Assembly: GCA_038124905.1 (NCBI GenBank)
Contig: JAYPCW010000001.1
Span: forward strand, 1,824 to 46,970
Length of the DNA stretch: 45,147 bases
Direction: 5' to 3'
DNA from: Candidatus Nanopelagicales bacterium
GTDB lineage: Bacteria; Actinomycetota; Actinomycetes; S36-B12; UBA5976
Position numbers and translations under genes: made by a program. The first letter of the stretch is position 1, and each line of letters opens with the position of its first letter. Positions 1 to 7,149 of the stretch are shown here, one piece after another. The notes under the pieces are model-generated. The model was given only the letters and a program-made list of their open reading frames with translations, was not told the origin of the DNA and did no database searches.

Positions 1-257
1 TGAACGATATTTAAACCAGTCGACTGAGCAATTTTGGCAACCAAATCCGGTCGCCTACCTAACCCATAGGGGGTAGCTTCCAGATAGCCATTAAATCCAG
101 ATTCTCTTAGCTCTCGGAATTCTTTTTGACTCTTTTCGAAATCATCCAGATCTTCATTTGGCAATAACGGGGTGCACTGGAAAGCATGCTCGTGATAGTT
201 AAAATTACCCAACTCTTCAGGTTTAATGTCTCTTAAAATCGTTCTAATTATTTTCAT
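1..257 (-). CDS. phosphotriesterase-related (PTE/Php-type, amidohydrolase-superfamily, lactonase-like) protein, N-terminal part; the 3' end runs off the window
   Basis: Absent from the ORF track because it is open at the window edge. Hand translation of the minus strand starts at an ATG overlapping the upstream stop (TAATG). It gives MKIIRTILRDIKPEELGNFNYHEHAFQC...YGLGRRPDLVAKIAQSTGLNIV. The G-x4-HEH metal-binding start and the TG(L/I)N(I/V)V segment resemble E. coli Php/YhfV-type proteins from memory. Coordinates are +/-1. Confidence 0.6.
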   Translation of the reverse strand, partial: MKIIRTILRDIKPEELGNFNYHEHAFQCTPLLPNEDLDDFEKSQKEFRELRESGFNGYLEATPYGLGRRPDLVAKIAQSTGLNIV

Positions 258-1156
258 TAGCGATATTTTTCAGCTATTTTTGCTAATTCTTCTACTTGTG
301 TGGGGCTAATAGTTAAATCAAATACTTCCGAGATGACTTGAGTCCAGCCGTGAATAAAGTATCTCCAACCGTCGAAAACTTGAAGTTTATGGCTTTCTGC
401 TTGCTCAGTTGCTTGGTGAAAAAATTCTAAACTTCCACGATAATTAAGTTCCCATATAGTGCTCTGTGGAGGAAATTCAACTTCTGCTGGTACTGGTGTT
501 CCAGGAATATCCTTACCCATACCTGTGGCATTAATAATCAAACTTTCAGGGCTCAAAGAATTAAAAGCTTTGACAACTTCAGGCAATGAATAAGTCGATA
601 GATTTAATTTTTCTGTTGGGTACTTATCGCTTATTACTTTATTCAAATGCGCTAATTTTGCTTGATTTACTCCAAAGAATGTCATCTTGCTAGGTTGATC
701 TTTTCGACTGGCTAGATACCAGCCAATTGCCGTGGCTGCCCCACCATCGCCAAAGCACAAAACCTCAGCCCCAGAGGAAAAATGATTTGCAGGTAAAAAT
801 TCCTCAAGACTCAAACCAGCAGTAATGGGATCTTTTGCCGATCCAAACAGTCGCCCGTTTCGCACCTTAACCGCAGATACTTCACCACAGAGCGAAGCAA
901 AGTCATCAAAACTTTCAAATAAATCAAAACCTGAATGGTAGACAGCTAGTTTGTGGGTGGTAACCAATGCACCTTGGCAGTCTTCTTTGTCTCTTAGGGT
1001 GAAGAGCGCCTGCCTTAATTGTTCTTGGCTTGGATTGATTGGTACATCAATTCCAAAAATTTCTGCATCTAGCCCTAAAGCATCGCCCCAGCGAGGAAAC
1101 ACTCTCATTATTGAACTATTAGCCGTACTAACTCCGATAAATCCAATACTTTTCAT
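257..1156 (-). CDS. shikimate/quinate dehydrogenase-like NAD(P) oxidoreductase (AroE-family paralogue)
   Basis: 299-aa ORF. The N-terminal pattern IGFIGVSTANSSI...GALVTTHK and the nucleotide loop FGDGGAATAIGWYL resemble the shikimate dehydrogenase family. ATGA overlap with the upstream gene. Confidence 0.55.
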   Translation of the reverse strand: MKSIGFIGVSTANSSIMRVFPRWGDALGLDAEIFGIDVPINPSQEQLRQALFTLRDKEDCQGALVTTHKLAVYHSGFDLFESFDDFASLCGEVSAVKVRNGRLFGSAKDPITAGLSLEEFLPANHFSSGAEVLCFGDGGAATAIGWYLASRKDQPSKMTFFGVNQAKLAHLNKVISDKYPTEKLNLSTYSLPEVVKAFNSLSPESLIINATGMGKDIPGTPVPAEVEFPPQSTIWELNYRGSLEFFHQATEQAESHKLQVFDGWRYFIHGWTQVISEVFDLTISPTQVEELAKIAEKYR

Positions 1157-2097
1157 AAAACAGGATTCACCGCCGGCTCACCGGATAACACCCGCAAAAT
1201 ATTTGCGACTGCCATCTCGCTCATTTTATCTATTGCTTCATCTGTCTGGGCAGCGATGTGAGCGGTTATTAAAACTTTTTCACGTAAGTTGTCTCGTAGT
1301 AGCGGGCTATTGAGCTCATCTTGCAATGCGTCCGCTGCATAAAAATTTAATTTTCCTAAATCAAGCGCATCCGCCAAAGCTTTTTCGTCAACCAAGTCAG
1401 CTCTAGCTGTATTTATTATTACTTGATTACTCAAGCATGTAGAAAGCCATGGTGCATCAATAATTTTTTGTCCACCCGGCGCCTGCAAAAGTACAAATTT
1501 ACAATTATTTTTTATCTCTTCTAATTCAACTTTTGTAGCCCCGAACTTAGAAATTTCATGCGAATTTATATAGGGGTCACTCACAGAGACTTTGGCACCC
1601 AAAGAAACTAATTTTTCTGTGACCAAGCGTCCAATTTTTCCAAATCCAATTACCCCCACATGACTCCCGCTAATTTGCGAGCCTCTCACTACTTGCCAAT
1701 TGTTTTTTAAAACTTTTTGAAAACTTGAGTGCACATGCCTAGCGCTCGATAAAAGCAATGCCAAGGAGTGTTCGGCAACCGCGAGTGAATTGGCACCAGG
1801 GGTATTGGTTACCGCAATCCCCCGAGCCTTTGCTGAGGCAAGATCTACCGCGTCGATGCCTACACCATAACGAGCAATTATTTTTAAATTCTTTGCCTCA
1901 GAAAGATGCGCTTCGGTTATTTCCGCTACTCCAGCAATCCAAGCTACTGCCACAGCCAAATCTTTTTTTAACTTATCAAGCTCATGTGAAAAATCGCCAA
2001 CTACGACCCGGTATCCAGCTGCAGCCAATTCATTTTTGAAGTCTTTTTTACCTGAAGAAAAGGAACGACTAGTTACCAAAATGGTGAGATTGCTCAA
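1153..2097 (-). CDS. D-isomer-specific 2-hydroxyacid dehydrogenase (phosphoglycerate-dehydrogenase-like)
   Basis: 314 aa. Shows the GVIGFGKIGRLV NAD-binding loop, NTARADLVDE, and a C-terminal ITAHIAAQT catalytic His region. TTG start forms a TTGA overlap with the kinase stop. Confidence 0.8.
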   Translation of the reverse strand: MSNLTILVTSRSFSSGKKDFKNELAAAGYRVVVGDFSHELDKLKKDLAVAVAWIAGVAEITEAHLSEAKNLKIIARYGVGIDAVDLASAKARGIAVTNTPGANSLAVAEHSLALLLSSARHVHSSFQKVLKNNWQVVRGSQISGSHVGVIGFGKIGRLVTEKLVSLGAKVSVSDPYINSHEISKFGATKVELEEIKNNCKFVLLQAPGGQKIIDAPWLSTCLSNQVIINTARADLVDEKALADALDLGKLNFYAADALQDELNSPLLRDNLREKVLITAHIAAQTDEAIDKMSEMAVANILRVLSGEPAVNPVL

Positions 2098-3593
2098 GTT
2101 CTACCCATTCGAGTTGCAAACCAGTCTTCTTGAAATCGATATGAATCTAGAAAAATCTCATGAGCCTCCAAGTAGCGCTCATGACTTTCACGACTTGGCA
2201 AAAATTCACGTTTGATTGAGGATAAGTTTGAAGAATCTTCAAACTTCGCTTTGCCAAGCCCAACTAGAGTCGTTACTGCAGCACCTAAACTATTTGCTTC
2301 TTCGACGATTGAACGTTGTCTAACTGGTATACCCCAGACGTCTGAGAAAATTTGCATCCAAAGCGCGCTCTCGGCACCTCCGCCAATCACGTCCACTGAG
2401 CTAATGCCTCGATTATTTTCGCTAAAGGCTTGAATACAAGTTTTTAGATTAAAAGCAACTCCTTCTAAAACTGCCTTTACTAAGTTTCCTCTTGAATGAT
2501 GACGTTCAATGCCAGCAAAAACTCCGGCAGCTTTTGGGTTCCAATAAGGTGACCGCTCACCCAATATGTGCGGCAAGAAATACAAGCCGTCAAAAGCACC
2601 GGGCAAAGATTCAGCTTCAGCTAGTAACACGTTAAAGCGATCGTGACCACTATTTGGTAAAAGTAGATCTGCAACCCAATGCAAACTAGCTCCACCAGCT
2701 TGCATGGTCGCGGTAGGAACGAATTTACCTTCAACCACGTGGTTAAACGTCATCGTGCGCATCTTTGGATCGTGCAGTGGTTTGTCGGCAGATAATGAGA
2801 TCCAAGAAGATGAGCCCATGCAGGCATAAGCGCCATCCATCTCGTGAATAATTCCCGCACCAGTGGCTGCCATTGGTCCATCTCCACCACCGACTATCAC
2901 TGGGATGCCAGATAACAGGCCCAAATGACTGGCCGCGTCATTAGTTAACTCACCCAAAATTTGCGTTGAGGGAACTACTTCAGGAAACAGCGCCGGATTT
3001 AGCTCAGCCGCTTGCAGAATTCGCTCAGACCAGCTTCCCTTTATTTGATCAAATGCGTTTGTGCTTGATGCATCTGAAAAATCAGTGACCAATTTGCCGG
3101 TTAATTTTGCATTCACAAAATCTTTAGCGTTGCAAATATATTTAGTTTTATTAAAGATTTCTTTTTGATTCTCTCTAACCCACATTGCTTTAGTGAGAGA
3201 ATAAGTGGGATTGAGCTGATGACCGATTTCTTGATAGGCAGATTCCATACCTAATTTTTCGATTAATTGCTGAGTTTGTTTAGTGCTGCGATGATCAGCC
3301 CAAATAACAGCTGTTCGAGTCGGGTCAAAATTTTCGTCCAACAGCACCGCACCCATCATCTGACCTGAAATTCCTAAACCAGATATATCTTTTGGATTTG
3401 CTCCAGATTCGCTTAAGAGTTTTTTTGTGGCGGCACCAACTGCTTGCCACCAATCCTGAGGGTTTTGTTCAGCAACACCGCCTGAGGCAAAATGCACGGG
3501 ATAATCAACAGTGCAGTGTCTAATAATTTTTCCGCTATCATCATGTAAAGAAGCTTTGTTACCGGTTGTGCCTAAGTCATGAGCAATGATCAT
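2094..3593 (-). CDS. FGGY-family carbohydrate kinase (xylulokinase-like)
   Basis: Translation MIIAHDLGTTGNKASL... is a typical FGGY N-terminus, and GGGDGPMAATGAG and GGGAESALWMQIFSDV are also present. I place the start at the ATG at 3593, which makes an ATGA overlap with the cupin gene stop. The track's longer 525-aa version adds 26 non-conserved residues. Confidence 0.85.
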   Translation of the reverse strand: MIIAHDLGTTGNKASLHDDSGKIIRHCTVDYPVHFASGGVAEQNPQDWWQAVGAATKKLLSESGANPKDISGLGISGQMMGAVLLDENFDPTRTAVIWADHRSTKQTQQLIEKLGMESAYQEIGHQLNPTYSLTKAMWVRENQKEIFNKTKYICNAKDFVNAKLTGKLVTDFSDASSTNAFDQIKGSWSERILQAAELNPALFPEVVPSTQILGELTNDAASHLGLLSGIPVIVGGGDGPMAATGAGIIHEMDGAYACMGSSSWISLSADKPLHDPKMRTMTFNHVVEGKFVPTATMQAGGASLHWVADLLLPNSGHDRFNVLLAEAESLPGAFDGLYFLPHILGERSPYWNPKAAGVFAGIERHHSRGNLVKAVLEGVAFNLKTCIQAFSENNRGISSVDVIGGGAESALWMQIFSDVWGIPVRQRSIVEEANSLGAAVTTLVGLGKAKFEDSSNLSSIKREFLPSRESHERYLEAHEIFLDSYRFQEDWFATRMGRT

Positions 3594-4168
3594 GTTAAAT
3601 TGAAATCTTTCAACTTTAATTCTCCTTGCTCTAAATAAGCCCTTAGACCCATCCCGTGCTTTACAACCCATTGATAATCATGCCCTGCACTACCGGGATA
3701 CACAGCTAGAAATTTGTAATCTTTAGTTCCAGTATTTATTGATCGATGCGCCCAACCCGGCGGGATGTAAGCAATTTTTCCAACCTGAACTTCTACCCAA
3801 GAGGTATTGATTCCATCAAACATAATCACTCCACCTTCACCTGCTAATCCAAAATAAATCTCTCCTTGTGGGTCTGGATGTTGGTGCCCCTTTGTCATAA
3901 AAAGTTCTCCGGCGACGCTTCCAGGTTTGATTGTGGTGATTGATTGCGGTAATTCTCGTGACGTCTCAGGAACTACAGAGGAAACTACTCGATAAATTTC
4001 TGGATTTCCATTTGCGATAAGTACTGCAAGGGAGCTTTCATTTTTGAAGCAACCCTGTAAATCGGCAGCTCGCCTCACCAGGGTAGGACCGGTAGGACTC
4101 AATGACCCAGATTCAATATCAAATGAAATCTGTACTGGTTCTAAAGGTGGAGTTCGATATTGACTCAT
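3590..4168 (-). CDS. cupin-type phosphoglucose isomerase family protein (archaeal cPGI-like sugar-phosphate isomerase)
   Basis: 192 aa. TKGHQHPDPQGEIYFGLAGEGGVIMF...AYIPPGWAHRSINTG...FLAVYPGSAGHDY lines up by eye with the Pyrococcus cPGI segments TKGHFH...AEVYVALKGKGGMLL...VYVPPYWAHRTVNIG...FLAIYPADAGHDY (recalled). Confidence 0.8.
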   Translation of the reverse strand: MSQYRTPPLEPVQISFDIESGSLSPTGPTLVRRAADLQGCFKNESSLAVLIANGNPEIYRVVSSVVPETSRELPQSITTIKPGSVAGELFMTKGHQHPDPQGEIYFGLAGEGGVIMFDGINTSWVEVQVGKIAYIPPGWAHRSINTGTKDYKFLAVYPGSAGHDYQWVVKHGMGLRAYLEQGELKLKDFNLT

Positions 4169-4197
4169 GCAGACTTGGTACCTCTGGCTAGTTGTAA

Positions 4198-5004
4198 TTA
4201 CAACTTATCAAGTAACTCAGGCACCACCATGGTAGGCCAACCCGGTCCATTTTGATTTTTATGCACCACAACTTCAAACTGACTCCTGTCGCCACGATGA
4301 ATAGCTACGAATCTCTCGATCGGACGATCCTCAGTATCAAAAGCAACACTACGCAAAACTAACACTGGTGCGCCCACTTTTATTTCGAGCGCGCTAGCCA
4401 TAGCTTCACTGGCAATTCTGGCTTCGAGAGACCTTCGCGTAAGCTGCAACTTAATTCCATGTTTTTCTTCCAGGATCTCGTATACCGATGCCCGAGTTAA
4501 ATTCTCACTTAGGAGTCTTTCACCAACATCCAAACGTAAATAACTCGTCACCCAAGCCCAAGGTCTGTCTTCAGAATACCTAATTCTTTCTAATTTAATC
4601 ACTGGTTCATCAGGCTCAATTTCTAAATCTTTAGCTACTGAAATATTTGCGGGAACTGCCTCCAGCTGTAAAACCTTGCTCACAATTGCCGAGCCTCTGC
4701 TTTGGGCATCTTGAAATAACCCATATAAATTTGGTGCCAAATGTTCGGTAGTTTTGGGACTAGCAACATAAGTTCCTTTTCCCTTAATTCGCTCTAACAC
4801 CCCTTCAAATTCTAATTCACTCAAGGCTTGGCGTACTACGGTGCGAGAAACACTAAAATTTTTACATAATTCAAAATCACCAGGTAATCTGTCACCAGGC
4901 TTAAGACCATTTTCATTTATTTGCCTGAGTATAATTTGTTTTAGTTGGTGATAGAGCGGAAAAGCACCATTCCGTATTAGATTACTACTAGAAGCATTTT
5001 TCAT
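4198..5004 (-). CDS. GntR-family transcriptional regulator, HutC subfamily (winged HTH plus UTRA effector domain)
   Basis: PLYHQLKQIILRQI...LPGDFELCKNFSVSRTVVRQALSELEFEGVLERIKGKGTYV is a GntR HTH. The C-terminal about 150 aa look UTRA-like. I prefer the ATG at 5004, because the track's TTG at 5031 lies inside the hairpin at 5030-5060. Confidence 0.8.
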   Translation of the reverse strand: MKNASSSNLIRNGAFPLYHQLKQIILRQINENGLKPGDRLPGDFELCKNFSVSRTVVRQALSELEFEGVLERIKGKGTYVASPKTTEHLAPNLYGLFQDAQSRGSAIVSKVLQLEAVPANISVAKDLEIEPDEPVIKLERIRYSEDRPWAWVTSYLRLDVGERLLSENLTRASVYEILEEKHGIKLQLTRRSLEARIASEAMASALEIKVGAPVLVLRSVAFDTEDRPIERFVAIHRGDRSQFEVVVHKNQNGPGWPTMVVPELLDKL

Positions 5005-5029
5005 ATTTATCAAATTTGAGTTTATACAC

Positions 5030-5060
5030 AAGGGGTGCAGCCCTTACAGCTGCACCCCTT
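5030..5060 (-). terminator. GC-rich hairpin between the binding-protein gene and the GntR gene (intra-operon terminator or attenuator candidate)
   Basis: AAGGGGTGCAGC / GCTGCACCCCTT forms a perfect 12-bp stem with a 7-nt loop. No clear U-tract on either strand. Confidence 0.5.
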
Positions 5061-5097
5061 GCTGGAATAATTTAACTAACTCGCGTTAGCGTAAAAA

Positions 5098-6123
5098 TTA
5101 TTCGTATAGAACAGCTGCGATCTTTGGATCGTCAATGTTCTCTGCTGTGTAGTAATAGAATCCAGTATCAATAAAGTTTGATGGAACTTTACCATCGCGA
5201 ATATATTCAACTAGAGCTTTTACTGTCTCATATCCAATGCCGATTGGGTTTTGAGTTATAGCACCACTCATCAAACCAGTCTTTACAGCATCAACTTGAG
5301 CTGCACCTGAGTCAAAGCCGATTACTGCTAAGTCTCCAGGTTGCTTTCCTAGTTCTTTAAGAGCATTCACAACGCCGATGGCTGAGCCTTCGTTGGTTGC
5401 ATAGAAGCCCTTTAGATCTGGGTTAGCAGCTAAAATAGCTTTGGCAATATCAGCAGATTTTTGATGATCGCCGTCACCGTATTGGATGCTAACAATCTCA
5501 ATGTCTGGATATTCAGCAGCAACTTGGTTTACGAAACCATCGCGACGCTGTACACCGGTGGCATTGGTTTGGCTGTGGACAACTACACCAACTTTTCCAG
5601 CTGAGCCAATCAACTTAGCCATTTCATCTGCGGCTAGTGCTGCTGCAGCTTCACCGTCGGTACGTGCAATACCAAGTGAAAGAGCTCCTTCACCAAATGA
5701 GGCTTCGTCGCCGGCTGCCGCGTCGAACATGTAGACAGGAATACCCATTTCCTTCGCCTTTTCAAGCAATGGAAGTGGAGCTTCTGGGTCAAGCGATGCA
5801 TAGCCGATTCCGTCGACACCACGATCAATTGCAGCTTGCAATTGCTCAAGTTGCTTATCAACTTGTGATTCGCTTTCTGGGCCTTCGAAGGTAATTTCCA
5901 CACCAAACTCATCTGCTGCATTTTGTGCGCCTAAGCCCACTGCTTGCCAGAACTGATGCTGGAAACCTTTGGAAACCATTGCGATTTGTAGGGTTTCACC
6001 TGATCCGCTGTCGGATGAACCAGATCCACCCGAGCTGCTGGTTCCGCTACTGCACGCACTCAAAGCGAGCATCAAAGCAATACCGGATGCCACGAGAACA
6101 GAAGATTTTCTTCTTAGTCTCAA
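5098..6123 (-). CDS. sugar ABC-transporter substrate-binding lipoprotein (RbsB/PBP1-type)
   Basis: Has periplasmic-binding-protein type I features. I place the start at the TTG at 6123, giving MRLRRKSSVLVASGIALMLALSAC with lipobox LSAC followed by a Ser/Gly linker. A strong SD, GAAGGAGAAGGAG, sits 5 nt upstream. No permease or ATPase gene is adjacent. Confidence 0.8.
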   Translation of the reverse strand: MRLRRKSSVLVASGIALMLALSACSSGTSSSGGSGSSDSGSGETLQIAMVSKGFQHQFWQAVGLGAQNAADEFGVEITFEGPESESQVDKQLEQLQAAIDRGVDGIGYASLDPEAPLPLLEKAKEMGIPVYMFDAAAGDEASFGEGALSLGIARTDGEAAAALAADEMAKLIGSAGKVGVVVHSQTNATGVQRRDGFVNQVAAEYPDIEIVSIQYGDGDHQKSADIAKAILAANPDLKGFYATNEGSAIGVVNALKELGKQPGDLAVIGFDSGAAQVDAVKTGLMSGAITQNPIGIGYETVKALVEYIRDGKVPSNFIDTGFYYYTAENIDDPKIAAVLYE

Positions 6124-6192
6124 CTTAACTCCTTCTCCTTCAGCAACTTGCTGTAATGACAACCCTATAACTCTGCAGGGTAGACATGGCTA

Positions 6193-6202
6193 TAGTTAAC
6201 TA
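6193..6202. promoter_or_regulatory. 10-bp perfect palindrome TAGTTAACTA in the divergent promoter region (candidate GntR/HutC operator)
   Basis: Perfect palindrome with a GT-TA-AC core. It lies between the binding-protein operon and the epimerase operon. Confidence 0.3.
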
Positions 6203-6279
6203 AAATCGTTACCGTCTTGTTAGATTTGTCCGATCCATTGAGACGGATGTTGCGTATGAGCCTGGAAGGTGAGACTTAA

Positions 6280-7149
6280 ATGCCAAATTTACTAGGAGTT
6301 CACGCCCTAGTTTGGGCAGGTGGCTGGAGCGAATCTGAGGTGAGAACTGCCGTAGCTAGCACAAAAAATGCAGGCTACGACCTTATAGAAATTCCTGCGC
6401 TGAGCCCAACTGATATCGACCCAATTTTCACCAAGAAAATCTTGGATGAATACCAAGTTAAAAGCTCATGTTCACTAGGTCTCACTTTCGATGCTGACTT
6501 GAACAATGAAGATGAGAATGTAGTTGGGCGAGGCGAGGCAAGACTGCTTCAGGCCTTAGATCTAGTTAGGAAATTAGAAGGCGAGTATTTAGGAGGGGTG
6601 ATATTTAGTGCTTTAGGTAAATACTTAAATCCTCCCACCGCTAAAGCTCGTGCAAATGTAGTCGCTGCATTAAAAAGACTGGCTAAGCAAGCCAAAAAAG
6701 ATGGCATCACACTCGGACTTGAAGTTGTAAACCGATACGAAAGCAATTTATTGAACACTGGCAGGAGTGCGCTTGACTTGATTAATGAAATAGGTGAATC
6801 TAATGTTGTCGTACATTTAGATACCTACCATATGAACATCGAAGAAATGAATATGTTTGATCCGGTTATCGAAGTCCAGGAAAAACTTGGTTATGTTCAT
6901 ATTGGTGCCAATCATCGAGGTTTCTTAGATCAAAAGGGAATGATTGATTTTGACAACTTTTTTAAAGCGTTAGCACAAGTTAATTACCAAGGAGTAATTA
7001 CATTTGAAAGTTTTTCTTCTGCCATTGTCAGCAAAGATCTTTCCAACACGCTATGCATTTGGCGCAACTTATGGGAAGACAATCAAGCGCTAGCTATTGG
7101 GGCACGAGAATTTATCGAAGAAAAACTGCAAGCTGTAGGAATGAGATGA
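6280..7149 (+). CDS. ketose 3-epimerase (D-tagatose/D-psicose 3-epimerase family, xylose-isomerase-like TIM barrel)
   Basis: 289 aa. LGLEVVNRYESNLLNT, VHLDTYHMNIEE and GYVHIGANHRG match the EVVNRFE / LDTFHMNIEE / HxGExxR metal-ligand segments of characterised DTE/DPE enzymes (recalled). SD is GGAAGGTGAG. Confidence 0.7.
   Translation: MPNLLGVHALVWAGGWSESEVRTAVASTKNAGYDLIEIPALSPTDIDPIFTKKILDEYQVKSSCSLGLTFDADLNNEDENVVGRGEARLLQALDLVRKLEGEYLGGVIFSALGKYLNPPTAKARANVVAALKRLAKQAKKDGITLGLEVVNRYESNLLNTGRSALDLINEIGESNVVVHLDTYHMNIEEMNMFDPVIEVQEKLGYVHIGANHRGFLDQKGMIDFDNFFKALAQVNYQGVITFESFSSAIVSKDLSNTLCIWRNLWEDNQALAIGAREFIEEKLQAVGMR

Noticed and set aside
257-260. An apparent 1-nt discrepancy between my manual position count and the ORF-track coordinates near the stop at 257
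   Set aside because: This is most likely my own counting slip. Every other checked start and stop position (for example 2097, 3593, 6280, 7146, 14804, 35851 and 41996) agrees with the track. I follow the track here and flag +/-1 on the partial gene 1-257.
3594-3671. N-terminal extensions offered by the ORF track: kinase 3594-3671, ADH 7053-7145, FAH protein 11960-12022, GntR 5005-5031, binding protein 6124-6162, TusE-like 45027-45035 and gpgS 26536-26538
   Set aside because: In each case an internal start gives a canonical family N-terminus, a better SD, or a 4-nt ATGA coupling with the upstream stop. The extensions overlap the neighbouring gene or a hairpin.
6161-6200. CCCTATAA and CTATAG strings upstream of the binding-protein gene as further copies of the CCTATAGG fuconate operator motif
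   Set aside because: Only a 5-6-nt core is shared and the flanks differ, so a chance match in AT-rich DNA is likely. I kept only the separate TAGTTAACTA palindrome, as a low-confidence site.
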